64,000 bases of DNA from Candidatus Thorarchaeota archaeon (GCA_048882485.1 JBHLRP010000001.1:224001-288000); one strand, 5' to 3'. Positions 9,933 to 20,600 are shown, counted from the stretch's first letter. Translations and numbers: made by a program. The notes: a model not told the origin generated them from the sequence alone.

Positions 9933-10817
9933 TTGCCATTGCCCGTAATTGTTGTTCATGGAGGCGCAACCAAGTTCAAAGAGGAGCACATTCCAGCAAT
10001 CATCCACGCTGTAGAGTATGCTGCTGAGAATGGCATGTGGCTTCTAGAAAAGGGCGCCTCTGCAGTCGCTGCTGCTGAAACAGCGATTTGGACATTGGAA
10101 GAAACCGACCTTTTCACAGCTGGTAGAGGAGCTAGGCCAAATCGCGACGGCTATGTAGAGCTACATGCCATGATAATGGATGGTAGCAAGCTGGAGAGCG
10201 GCGCGGTGATTGCTGTGCAAGATGTTGTTCATCCAATCAGTCTTGCGAGGTATGTTCTTGAAAGAACTCCAAATTACCAAGTCACAGGTGATGGAGCAAG
10301 GAAGCTTTACTCTGAGATGATTGAAACTGGTTATCGGCAAGAGGCTGCTCCGGGAGAAACGAAGAACATGCCTATGGGTGAGGGAGAAGGTCATGATACT
10401 GTTGGCTGCGTTGTGGTCGATTCTCATGGACGCATCGCATCAGCTTCTTCAACCAGTGGTTGGCCTGGTCAATTTCCCGGAAGAGTCGGGGACTCTCCTA
10501 TCATTGGAGCTGGAGTATATGCCAATGAAGTAGCAGCAGCAAGCTGTACTGGCAAGGGCGAACAGATTTTGAGAATCGTGATGGCTCGAATGGCCGTTCT
10601 TTACGTTGAGGGCGGACTAGATGTCCAGGAGGCATCTGCCAAGGTCATGCGGCTCCTGAAGGAAAAGACAAGCGGCGAAGCCGGATTGATAATGGTTGAT
10701 AGGGACGGAAACGTTGGCCTCGGGTTTGACACACCCCACATGCCTGTCGCCGTTTCCCACCCCGGTAAAAACACCTATTCCTCTATGACTCCCAAATGGC
10801 CTCCTGACCTTGGCTAG
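9933..10817 (+). CDS. Isoaspartyl peptidase/L-asparaginase (Ntn hydrolase, T2 family)
   Basis: VHGGA, autoprocessing site HD|TVG, STSG, GRVGDSPIIGAG, CTGKGE. Confidence 0.92.
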   Translation: MPLPVIVVHGGATKFKEEHIPAIIHAVEYAAENGMWLLEKGASAVAAAETAIWTLEETDLFTAGRGARPNRDGYVELHAMIMDGSKLESGAVIAVQDVVHPISLARYVLERTPNYQVTGDGARKLYSEMIETGYRQEAAPGETKNMPMGEGEGHDTVGCVVVDSHGRIASASSTSGWPGQFPGRVGDSPIIGAGVYANEVAAASCTGKGEQILRIVMARMAVLYVEGGLDVQEASAKVMRLLKEKTSGEAGLIMVDRDGNVGLGFDTPHMPVAVSHPGKNTYSSMTPKWPPDLG

Positions 10818-10833
10818 CATATAGATGTCTAAT

Positions 10834-11244
10834 TCATTTTCCACTACTCAGCAGACCAATTCTATAAAGCAAGAACAATGTCACCACAGCTAGGAAGAAA
10901 TCAAACGCTGTTGAGATGACCAATGCGCCACCCATTGTTGGGGAATCCAGCATCTGCAAGTAGGTGATAATTGGCAGAACCAACCTGACACAGCTTGCTG
11001 CTATCGGAATGGCGACATATCTTGCAATATCTCTTGAGGCATGTATCTGTAGGCTGCCAAGAGCAATAGCTAGCAATCCCATCGTTCGCCAATAGAGTGG
11101 AAAAACTGGGATGGGGTATCCGCCTGAAATTGAGATCACTATGTCACCAGCGAGGAAAATCACAGCGCCCATTGCTAGTTCGAATATGCCCCCGACAAGG
11201 ATTACTACATAGAGCGCTCTTTGAGTGCGATTATGTATTTTCAA
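10834..11244 (-). CDS. Small four-helix membrane protein
   Basis: Four hydrophobic segments in 136 aa. Confidence 0.7.
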   Translation of the reverse strand: MKIHNRTQRALYVVILVGGIFELAMGAVIFLAGDIVISISGGYPIPVFPLYWRTMGLLAIALGSLQIHASRDIARYVAIPIAASCVRLVLPIITYLQMLDSPTMGGALVISTAFDFFLAVVTLFLLYRIGLLSSGK

Positions 11245-11370
11245 CCTTCAAACCACAGAATGAAGTATGGTGCCAGCCTCGACATAAGCGTTGCTCCGGA
11301 TTGAGTTCCGCCTATCTTTTGAAGCGGCACCATTGGGCGAACCAAGGTTGGAAGTTGGTTCAGCGTAATC

Positions 11371-12126
11371 CTACATGACGGCTTTTATCTCGCCTTTTAC
11401 TCCAATCACATAGGTTCTAAATGGAATCTCTTTACCAGAGTTGTGAATGGCCTCCTGTGTGATCCTAGCCAGTCCAAAGCAGCATGGTACTTCCATGTGT
11501 ACAAGAGCGACATCCTTGATGTTGTGGTTCTGAAAGATAGCGCTGAGTTTCTGGAGGTTCGCCTCGTAGTCCTCAAATTTGGGACAGACCATAATAGCAG
11601 CGCGATCCTTGATGAAGTCCTGATGTAAACCAGCATAAGCAGGACCAGTACAATCCGCTAATATCGCAATTCTTGAGTCCTGGAACACTGGGTGTTGAGG
11701 GCTCAATAGTTTCAGCTTCACAGGCCATTGGTTAAGCTGGGAAGGTTTGACTTTCTCTGGCACAGTGTTGTTATGAATAGATTCTGCGTGGTCCGCAGCG
11801 TAGGTGAATGCTTCTGAGCCCGCACACCCAACATCGCCCCCGCCACCGTGAGTTGCGGCAGCAGCCACAGCTGGCTGCCCTTTGATCTTGGCAACATATG
11901 CCATAGCCGCCTCTTCATCAAACTCCACTGTATCGATTTCCCTTAGTGTTAGTGCTCCCTCGGGGCAGTGTCCGAGGCATGCGCCTAATCCGTCACAATA
12001 ACTCTCGGAGACAACCTTAGCCTTCCCATCAATTATTTCGAGCGCCCCCTCAGCGCAATTCGGGACGCATAGGCCGCATCCAGTGCACTTGTCCTCGTCA
12101 ATCATGATCATTAATCGTCTAACCAT
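11371..12126 (-). CDS. 4Fe-4S dicluster protein with conserved Cys-rich C-terminal domain
   Basis: CTGCGLCVPNC and CDGLGACLGHCP, followed by QWPVKL, ADC, CPK and MEVPCC motifs. Confidence 0.88.
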   Translation of the reverse strand: MVRRLMIMIDEDKCTGCGLCVPNCAEGALEIIDGKAKVVSESYCDGLGACLGHCPEGALTLREIDTVEFDEEAAMAYVAKIKGQPAVAAAATHGGGGDVGCAGSEAFTYAADHAESIHNNTVPEKVKPSQLNQWPVKLKLLSPQHPVFQDSRIAILADCTGPAYAGLHQDFIKDRAAIMVCPKFEDYEANLQKLSAIFQNHNIKDVALVHMEVPCCFGLARITQEAIHNSGKEIPFRTYVIGVKGEIKAVM

Positions 12127-12172
12127 TGTCAGCCACAGAGAGTTTCCTGTCCCAAACTTATATAAAGGTAGT

Positions 12173-12204
12173 AGTTACCGTATAGTAAGTAACAAAAAGT
12201 AATT
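12173..12204. promoter_or_regulatory. Putative HxlR-type operator in the divergent promoter
   Basis: TTAC-cgtata-GTAA palindrome (12175-12188) followed by TAAC-aaaaa-GTAA. A TATA-like TTATATAAA lies just upstream. Confidence 0.45.
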
Positions 12205-12219
12205 GACTATCAGCTTGAG

Positions 12220-12645
12220 GTGATTGAGATCGAAGCAAGAAGTAAGGAAGCCGTGATGTCCTGTCCAGTATTTATCGCGTCAAACATCTTGGGGAAGCGT
12301 TGGACAATTCTAATTCTTCAAGCATTAATGACAACATCAGCCATGAACGGACTTAGATTCAATGAGATACACAAGACCTTGGATTGGATTAGTGCCAAAG
12401 TCCTCTCAGGCAGGCTAAAGGAGCTTGTGGAAGAGGGGCTCGTTACACGAGAAGTTAATCCAGAGGTCACTCCGCCAAGTGTCACCTATACACTCACCAG
12501 CAAGGGAGAGGATCTCAGGGGTGTGCTGACCCAGATGCAAGAATGGGGGAAGAAGCATGGTGGCTCCAAAGCTGCAGATTGTTTTGGGCCTGGATTTGAG
12601 AACTGTGACGGATGCAAAAAGAAGGACGTGAATATCCCCACATAA
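12220..12645 (+). CDS. HxlR/DUF24-family winged-helix transcriptional regulator
   Basis: SCP...ILGKRWTILIL, RFNEI, ISAKVLSGRLKEL, PPSVTYTLT..G. Confidence 0.92.
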   Translation: MIEIEARSKEAVMSCPVFIASNILGKRWTILILQALMTTSAMNGLRFNEIHKTLDWISAKVLSGRLKELVEEGLVTREVNPEVTPPSVTYTLTSKGEDLRGVLTQMQEWGKKHGGSKAADCFGPGFENCDGCKKKDVNIPT

Positions 12646-12664
12646 TGTTAGGCAATTGTGTAGC

Positions 12665-13135
12665 TCAGTTGCTTGATTCTATTATCCAAATTAGCTCCTC
12701 TTCGACAGTAGACGTGTTCTTCGGACGAGTCTTTATCCTACCAACTTCTTCTCCTGACTTTCTGAAGACCACGATTGTAGGGCTGCTTCTGATATCGAAT
12801 GTTTCTACTTCCACAGGGCTTGGGGGGACTGCCCAGAACGACTTTGAGCCATACGGAGGCTTAGTCATGCCACCTAGTGCAGTTATCTTGATGTTTAGTT
12901 CCTGCTCCAAGAGTGATAGGACTGGCACAGCCTTTCTCGAGTCACCGCACCAATCTGCAAAGAAGACAATGAATTGGTAGTCATCCTTGAATGTCTTGAG
13001 GATATCCACTGCTTCCTTGTTCAGCTCGTAGGCGTTTCGTCTTCGAACGAACCCTCCCTTTTGGGAGGCACTCATCTGATCAATGTAATCTGTGACACTC
13101 ATATAATCTTGAGATACATCATTGTGTGTGGGCAT
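12665..13135 (-). CDS. Thioredoxin-fold protein (WCGDS, CxxS)
   Basis: FFADWCGDS active-site motif and cis-Pro SSPT...GEEVGRI. Confidence 0.85.
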   Translation of the reverse strand: MPTHNDVSQDYMSVTDYIDQMSASQKGGFVRRRNAYELNKEAVDILKTFKDDYQFIVFFADWCGDSRKAVPVLSLLEQELNIKITALGGMTKPPYGSKSFWAVPPSPVEVETFDIRSSPTIVVFRKSGEEVGRIKTRPKNTSTVEEELIWIIESSN

Positions 13136-13238
13136 TCATTATCACCTACAGACTCCCAGCTGAGGCTTGACTATAGACAAGCTGCCTCATCATTGTGTCC
13201 GTTTTATATTATCGGTATGTACTTTGGAAAGAGAGGCC

Positions 13239-13721
13239 CTAGGTGGTCTCACAGACGACATCTGTTCCTTTCTCACCCTTTCTAGCCTGAAGAGGAGCTT
13301 GCTTGATCAACTTCACAAGCTCTACAATCTCTCCATATCGACGTTCCTCTTCTTCCTTCAGCTTCTCAAGCAGAAATGCGGCCAGGGGATCATTCACAAG
13401 GTCAAGTGCATCACTTGCTAGCTTGATCATGTCATTCTCATCGTTAAGGAGTTCCACGACGTTCCTCTCAAGCATCACCCTGCCTGCGTATCTACCAACT
13501 TTGGCAGACCATTCGTCGCAAGGAGTTGTAGTTAGCATCTCGACCATTCCCTCAAGGAACTTCTGATGTTTCCATGTGTCAAGGCGCATATTCATCAGGG
13601 CAAGACGCACAGCGGTTTCTCTGGCCTCGTTCTCTGCCTCAGCCAGCGTAATCAGGTTTCGCTTCTCAACCCCGATCTGTCGTTTCAATAGGTCGATTAG
13701 CTTCTCATCTGTATCAGTCAT
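13239..13721 (-). CDS. Ferritin-like/rubrerythrin-like four-helix protein
   Basis: QIGVE...DTWKH and E...EEERR helix-pair pattern. ATG at 13721 is preferred over the TTG at 13751. Confidence 0.7.
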   Translation of the reverse strand: MTDTDEKLIDLLKRQIGVEKRNLITLAEAENEARETAVRLALMNMRLDTWKHQKFLEGMVEMLTTTPCDEWSAKVGRYAGRVMLERNVVELLNDENDMIKLASDALDLVNDPLAAFLLEKLKEEEERRYGEIVELVKLIKQAPLQARKGEKGTDVVCETT

Positions 13722-13808
13722 TACAACTCCCTTACATGATGTAGCTAACAATTGTTAATATTAGCTATATTTAACCCTTTGCACGCTGGCCCTTCGCTCA
13801 TTGCCAAG

Positions 13809-13836
13809 TGTTCAACGGATTGAACAGAGTGTTCAA
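13809..13836. promoter_or_regulatory. Triple half-site palindrome TGTTCAA-cgga-TTGAACA-gag-TGTTCAA
   Basis: Three perfect 7-bp half-sites in alternating orientation in the divergent intergenic region. Confidence 0.55.
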
Positions 13837-13869
13837 TGCGTAGCATATTATCAAAACTCGTTCTAGCAT

Positions 13870-14655
13870 TTGGTGAGTGAAAAGACTATGAGAAAGTACG
13901 ATTCCAGTCTTGGACAATCCATGCTTGCACCAATCTTAGTAGCGGTAATAATTGTAGCAGGATTTGCCGCTGCGATGTTCTGGTTCCCAGGGGGAATTGG
14001 GCCAACTACAACTACTACGACTGATACGACCACTACCACAACTGATACGACCACTACCACAACAACAACGGGCGGGGGAGGGGGTTACGGCCGCCTCGCA
14101 GCAGACTATCTAAACAGTCGCAGAGAGGATGTCAACTTCTTCTGGATCTACAATTGCACGTTGGTGAATGAGGATCTATCACTATATTACGATGGGCAGC
14201 AACCCAACGCTTTCGTAGATGGAGTCTTCATGTGGAGGAACGACACCGATTTCTGCATGATTGAAGTCTTCTTCTCTCCATATTCAAGCGATATAGTTGG
14301 CCGTGGAGAGATCATTCCAGACCAGTGGTTTGCGCTGAGCGGCTCACTCATTGACAACGGTCTTGGAAGGATGTCCGATGCAACTAGCTATCCATCCGAT
14401 TTTCCAAACACGTGGCCAGTTGAGTTGTATATGATGATATTCTTTGATGACAACTCAGTCTTCCGCCTTGGTTATACTAGCAGCGATGGTTTGGTAAATA
14501 TCCAAAATGGTACCTGGAGTGGAGATTGGGATGATAATGGGGTACCGGTTACGTCGAATTGGCAGCCAGGGTACTGGCTCAATGAAGATGGATATCTCGT
14601 AACCCCGATTAATGACTTCTACACAACCATTACGGGTGCAGTAGATTACCCATAG
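13870..14655 (+). CDS. N-terminally membrane-anchored extracellular protein with Thr/Gly-rich linker
   Basis: TM helix (ILVAVIIVAGFAAAMFWF), then TTTTTTDTTTTTTDTTTTTTTTGGGGG, then an acidic globular domain. Confidence 0.8.
   Translation: MVSEKTMRKYDSSLGQSMLAPILVAVIIVAGFAAAMFWFPGGIGPTTTTTTDTTTTTTDTTTTTTTTGGGGGYGRLAADYLNSRREDVNFFWIYNCTLVNEDLSLYYDGQQPNAFVDGVFMWRNDTDFCMIEVFFSPYSSDIVGRGEIIPDQWFALSGSLIDNGLGRMSDATSYPSDFPNTWPVELYMMIFFDDNSVFRLGYTSSDGLVNIQNGTWSGDWDDNGVPVTSNWQPGYWLNEDGYLVTPINDFYTTITGAVDYP
14020..14061 (+). repeat. 21-bp tandem duplication encoding the Thr-rich linker
   Basis: ACTGATACGACCACTACCACA occurs twice in tandem. Confidence 0.85.
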
Positions 14656-14684
14656 CTACCACGCAGAACGATAATTAGAATAGC

Positions 14685-14705
14685 GGGGGGGTTCTTTTTC
14701 CCCCC
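14685..14705 (+). terminator. G/C hairpin with U-rich loop, putative terminator
   Basis: GGGGGG-gttcttttt-CCCCCC, 30 nt after the 14655 stop. Confidence 0.35.
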
Positions 14706-14727
14706 ATCATCTTGTCGAGGAAATGTA

Positions 14728-15174
14728 ATGAGACACGAGGTGGAAGACAAGGATATCGAGGAGCTTCTGAAAGGAAGAACCATGTCTGTCTATTCTCTCT
14801 TGCTCACCCGTGACCAGATGGGAGTCCGTGAGATTCAGAGGGAGCTTGGTTTTTCAAGTCCGAGCCTGTCAAAACACCATCTTCAGAAACTGGAGGCTGC
14901 TGGCCTTGTTTCGAAGAATGCTCATGGAGAATATTCTGTCGCTAGAACCGTTCGCGTTGGTTCACTAACATTGTTTGTGAGGATTGGAAAGCGATTTCTT
15001 CCAAGATTTGCCTTCTTGGCAACTCTATTCTCAGGAATGATTGTAGTCTATCTTGCATTCTTTTGTGAATGGCCGCCTCGTGGAGAGGACCTGATGTTCA
15101 TCACAATGGGCCTCATTGCAGTTGTGATGTCTCTCTATGAAGGCTACCGATTGCTGATGTTGAAGCCAGCCTAG
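14728..15174 (+). CDS. Membrane-tethered winged-helix (ArsR-like) regulator with two C-terminal TM helices
   Basis: GVREIQRELGFSSPSLSKHHLQKLEAAGLV wHTH followed by two hydrophobic helices. Confidence 0.85.
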   Translation: MRHEVEDKDIEELLKGRTMSVYSLLLTRDQMGVREIQRELGFSSPSLSKHHLQKLEAAGLVSKNAHGEYSVARTVRVGSLTLFVRIGKRFLPRFAFLATLFSGMIVVYLAFFCEWPPRGEDLMFITMGLIAVVMSLYEGYRLLMLKPA

Positions 15175-16184
15175 CCCATGTGCATAGGAGCACGATGGTC
15201 AGGATGGTCAAACTCCTCTTCTATCTCATAATCGTTGCCAAGGAATTGATTCATCATGAGACCAGCATAATTCCCTGTGCCAATGGCCATGGCTATCTGT
15301 TGAGTTATGGGTCTACAGTCTCCCGCCGCCCAGACTCCCTCGACATTTGTCTTTCCTCTATGATCAGTGATGATATTTCCTCTGCTGTCAACCTGCACAC
15401 CGATTTGCTGTGCTAGTTCTGATCTTGGCTCTGCCACAAAAGCGACGAAGAACACCTCAGCCTTTATCTTCGAGCCGTTTGTAAGTGTGATAGACTGCAA
15501 CTTCCCAGGAACTGGAAAATCCACAGCTTTTATTGTGCCACGAATCCACTCAAATGGTGATTCATCCAATTTTGCTAAGTCCTGTTCTTCAATAGGCATG
15601 TACGCATCTTCGGTCATGAGGATTCTGATTCTATCTGTAAAGCGCGTCAGTGAGTTTGCGGTGTGAAGCGCACTTCCGACGGTTCCGGCATTGACAACAA
15701 GAACATCCTTGTCTTTACAGAGAGGAGCCTCACAATCGGGACAATAGAAAGCCGCGTTGCCTGCATTGGCGACTGGTAACCAACCTCTCCACATCCCATT
15801 AACTTTCGGATGTTTCCTAGCGGTGCCCGTCGCGAAAAGGAGTATCCTTGCCTGATATTCGGATATGTCTTTGGTTCGATAGCTCCTGTCTGTGCGTACA
15901 ACGAAACGAGGATACCTGCCAGATACTTCAACGACATTGGCTTCTTTCATCTCAGCTCCAGCTGCCCTTGCAATCCCCTGCAGATTTCTTAGAAGAGGAC
16001 GACCCTCATGATACGCCTCACCAGACGCAAAGTTGACAATGGTGTTGTGATGGAAACTCATTGGACTAGTTCCCCGATCCAAGACCAAAACTTTGCGTTT
16101 ATGGTATGCTAGGTGCAGTGCGGCAGAACATCCAGCTGGACCTCCGCCAATTATTATCGCATCGTACAGTTCTGGCTCATCCAA
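15171..16184 (-). CDS. Thioredoxin reductase-like FAD disulfide oxidoreductase
   Basis: GGGPAG FAD motif, ATG, CPDC redox pair, TNVEGVWAAGD. The NAD(P)H motif is degenerate. Confidence 0.88.
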   Translation of the reverse strand: MDEPELYDAIIIGGGPAGCSAALHLAYHKRKVLVLDRGTSPMSFHHNTIVNFASGEAYHEGRPLLRNLQGIARAAGAEMKEANVVEVSGRYPRFVVRTDRSYRTKDISEYQARILLFATGTARKHPKVNGMWRGWLPVANAGNAAFYCPDCEAPLCKDKDVLVVNAGTVGSALHTANSLTRFTDRIRILMTEDAYMPIEEQDLAKLDESPFEWIRGTIKAVDFPVPGKLQSITLTNGSKIKAEVFFVAFVAEPRSELAQQIGVQVDSRGNIITDHRGKTNVEGVWAAGDCRPITQQIAMAIGTGNYAGLMMNQFLGNDYEIEEEFDHPDHRAPMHMG

Positions 16185-16334
16185 AGCTTCCTCGCCTCCA
16201 ATTTGTAGACTTCACTATGGTTAATAACTTTACTGATTTGGTTGTGCGAATATCCAACTAATGAGGTTACGATTTGTTTTTAACGCTAGATGTGAATGTG
16301 CTTAATGAGCAAATTTCCTATAGGGGACAGTAGA

Positions 16335-17342
16335 ATGATTCGCGGAAAATTACTGATCTTAGCTATGTTATTATCGGCCATGCTTTTGGCTCCACCAGCA
16401 CTAGCTCAGACGAATCAGGGGCTTGAGTGGGGTTTCAACCCTGAGGATGAGTTTCATTTTATGATGCATCTCGATGCCGAAGATATGCTGATTGATGAGG
16501 AGATTTATGTAAACAGTAGCGAAACCCTTCCTGCAATTCCGGACTCACTGACCAACTGGTCTGATATTCCATATGCTTCGCTTGATGCCTATTACGCCAA
16601 CGGAACAGACTTAGGAATAATCGTGCTGACTTTCGTGACAGCTCTTAATTTCCATCTGCCCATAGGCAACTGGACATTGATGAGTTTCCTCTACTCAACC
16701 ACACTGAATGTCGATCACTTCGCCCTCGATGCTGACGACCCCTATTTTTGGGGATACAGTTGGGATGATGACAACTTCACATATGGTGTAATCAGCGTCG
16801 AAGAAGGAATTACAATCTTTGTACATGTGGATTACTTCAAACAAGATGGATACCTATCTCACTACTTCCTTGAGAGCTATAATACCACAACCATGGAGAA
16901 GACTGGCGAGGTAGAACTGAATCGAATAGGCATGGAGAAATATAGGGACAAGACAGCACCTGTCCTGAATCACCCCGATGACATCACTTATTCCGAGGAC
17001 GAAGGTCCCTTATTTCGAGCGAGTATAATATGGACCCCCAGCGATGACTATCCTTTGAGCTACGAAGTATTTGTTGATGGAACGACCCTGATGTCAGGAG
17101 ATTGGAATTCATCATCTGAATCCATAACGGTGCCAGTATGGGGTCTTGATGCTGGAGAATACAACTACACAATCGAGGTAAGCGATTTCGCTGGGAATAC
17201 TGCATCTGATACGGTCATAGTGTCCGTTCAGCCGCCGGATGTTGTCCCAAACCCATGGCTTCTATTCTCTATTCTGATAGCGGGCGCTGGGGTTATCATT
17301 ATTGTAGTAGTAGTTGTCTTTCGAAAGCTGTCATCGCGCTAG
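16335..17342 (+). CDS. Secreted surface protein with Ig-like domain and C-terminal TM anchor
   Basis: Signal peptide (...PALA|QT), Ig-like repeat (GEYNYTIEVSDFAGNTASDTVIVSV), TM helix plus RKLSSR tail, and several sequons. Confidence 0.8.
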   Translation: MIRGKLLILAMLLSAMLLAPPALAQTNQGLEWGFNPEDEFHFMMHLDAEDMLIDEEIYVNSSETLPAIPDSLTNWSDIPYASLDAYYANGTDLGIIVLTFVTALNFHLPIGNWTLMSFLYSTTLNVDHFALDADDPYFWGYSWDDDNFTYGVISVEEGITIFVHVDYFKQDGYLSHYFLESYNTTTMEKTGEVELNRIGMEKYRDKTAPVLNHPDDITYSEDEGPLFRASIIWTPSDDYPLSYEVFVDGTTLMSGDWNSSSESITVPVWGLDAGEYNYTIEVSDFAGNTASDTVIVSVQPPDVVPNPWLLFSILIAGAGVIIIVVVVVFRKLSSR

Positions 17343-17605
17343 GTTCCCAAGTATGAACCACCAGTGGAATGCATTAGGCAAAGAGGCACAAATTACCGCG
17401 AAATAGATATATGAAGGTGGTACAATAGAGGGCCTTGGAGGGCACTCTATGAAGATCGCTGGAGCTAGGTTGGCAATTCTATTCGTGAGAATTGTCCTTT
17501 TTCCCAGTGTATCCTATCTGGATTCTAGCCATCAGACTGGGGTTCCAGAATCAGCGAGGATTCCGAGGGACTACGAACGAATTTTCCAATCCAAGGGGTG
17601 GCACA

Positions 17606-20600
17606 ATGAGAGCTAGCGGCGTATCAATTGGTCTTATTCTAGTTATTGGATTCTTATATATAGCAAACAGTGCTCAGATTGTTGAGCCAAGTAGTTTCAA
17701 TGCACTAGAACCAATTTCATCAAATAACATCGACCAATTCATCAAAAGCTTGGATAGTCAATTAATATGGCAAAACCTGGGTCAAATTGGAAATCTTGAA
17801 ACTGAATTCTATTGTGAATTCGAATCCGGTTTTGTCTGCTTTAATGTGGGCCAAGTTGAAATCTGGACTGTGAATGACAGATCTCCAATCCTTTTAGATT
17901 TTACAAGATTACAGCAAACGCATCCAATTGGTGTCCGCGAAGCTATTCCTCTTTCTCACTTCTTTCTTGGTGATAGAGGAACCTTCACGGGAGTGAAGTC
18001 TTACCATGCTGTTGAATACCGTAATTCAGAGATAGGCTGCTATATCGGATTTATCCTAATTGCTTCTGGTCTTCGATTGGAAGTTACTTCAGATGCAAGT
18101 TTGGAGGAACTCGTAACAGTATCTAATCCAACTGAACTAGATATTCAATTCAGGTCGAGTAAATTGAACAGAATAGACCCATTGATTTCAGATGAAGATT
18201 CTGAGAATTTTATGATGCTGGAATACGAGCTTATAGTCGATTCCGGTGATTCTTCTCCTGCACCTATTACTCAACCAGAAACAGACTTTACACCTAGTCA
18301 ACCAGGGGTTAACTACACATACTCCACATATTTCGGCGGAAGTAGCACTGAGTATTCATTCGATATAGATGTGGATTCTGATGACAATGTGTATTTCTGT
18401 GGTCGAACTCATTCATCCGATTTTCCGATTCTAAATGGATTCGATTCTTCAATGGGAGGCGATAGAGACTGCTTTGTCGCGAAATTCAGTCCGAATGGAG
18501 ATTTGCTATATAGTACATATATCGGAGGTTCTTCTTATGAAGCAGGCGGGGGATCTTCGATAGCTGTTGATAACCAAGGTAATGTCTATTTGGCAACTGA
18601 TACTCACTCCTCAGATTTTCCAACAGTCAACGCAATCGACCCAAGTTACAATGGAGACTATGATGTCGTTGTGTGTAAATTGAATAGTACTGGCGATTCT
18701 CTTATCTATTCGACCTATCTCGGATCATCAAGAAGAGATCTGCCAGAATCAATAGCAGTTCATTCCGATGGAAGTGCCGTAATAGTAGGCTACACTTGGG
18801 GTAGCTATCCTACTGCGAATAATGGTGTGTTGGATGCATTTGGAAATGATCCCGGTTTCGTCACTCGTCTAAGTCCCAATGGCACTGAATTCATTTTCTC
18901 TGGATTGATTGATGCAAATGATGATGTACAATGTCAAGGAGTTGCATTTGATGATGAAGGATACATCTATGTTGTCAGTAGAACCTTTGCAACAGATTTC
19001 CCTGTTGTCAATGCCTATGATAACACATCCAACGGTAGAGCAGATGCCACTGTAATGAAATTACACCCCAATGCGTCTTCAATTGAATATTCAACATACA
19101 TTGGTGGTTCGGAAGACGAGGATTTAGCCTACATTGACATTGATGGCGACGGTAATGCCTATGTATGTGGACGTACATATTCTGATGATTTTCCAATGGT
19201 TAGGGCATTTGACACCACTTATGGATGGGGTGACATCTTTGTGGTAAGATTGAATGCAAGCGGTGAATCTCTTGATTTTTCATCCTATCTTGGTGGAGAT
19301 ATAATCAATGACAACGAATTTCCATATGGTATCGTTGTAAATGATTATGGCTACGCATATGTAGCTGCAATGAGCTCTGCTATCGATTTTCAGGTCGTCC
19401 ATCCAATTGATGATACAATCAGTGGTGACGAAGTCATAATATCAAAGATTGACACTAACCAAGGTAGAATTGTGTACAGCACTTATCTTGGGGGATCTGG
19501 TAATGAGGTGGAAGCCGGCGGTATTGCATTAGATTCTATGGAAAATGCAGTTGTATGTTCTTCCACCTTTTCTACAGACTTTCCAACTGTCAATGCCTAT
19601 GACTCATCTCTAGGTGGAGTAGTAGATGCTACACTCACTAAGATTCCGCCTCTCGGCGATAGTGATAATGATACTATCTTTGATTTAGATGAAGAGATCT
19701 ATGGAACTAATCCCTACGACTATGATAGTGATAATGATTCAATGGATGATGGATTTGAAATCCAGTATGGACTTGATCCCCTCTTGAACGACACTATGGA
19801 TGATCTGGACAATGACACACTCACAAATCTGGAGGAGTTTAATCTGGGAACAAATCCCAGTTCTGCTGATAGCGACAATGATACCCTTGATGATGCCTAC
19901 GAAGTCCTGAATGGACTCAATCCTCTTTCGCCTGACAGTGACAATGATACCCTTGATGATGCCTACGAAGTTTCGAATGGACTCAATCCTCTTTCGCCTG
20001 ACAGTGACAATGATACCTTGGGTGATGCCTATGAGGTGCTGTCTGGACTCAATCCTCTCGTGAATGACACGATGGATGATTTGGACAATGACACACTCAC
20101 AAATCTAGAAGAGTTCAATCTGGGAACCAATCCTAGTTCTCCCGATAGTGATAATGACACCTTCGGTGATGCCTACGAAGTGCTGTATGGACTAAATCCT
20201 CTCGTGAATGACACAATGGATGATCTGGACAATGATACACTCACAAATCTGGAGGAGTTTAATCTTGGAACCAATCCCAGTTCTCCTGATAGTGACAATG
20301 ATACCCTTGATGATGCCTACGAAGTCCTGAATGGACTCAATCCTCTTTCTTCTGATAGCGACAATGATACTCTGGACGATGCCTACGAAATCCTCTATGG
20401 ATTAAATCCACTTTCCTCGGATAGTGACAATGATACCTTAGACGATGCTTATGAAATCAATGTGCTTGGGACGAACCCGTTAAGTTCCGATTCTGATGCT
20501 GATGGTTATTCCGATGCATATGAAGTTGAACATGGGTTTGATCCCTTAGATCCAAATAATCCTCCTGCTACGACAGAAACACCGCACACGACAACAACAG

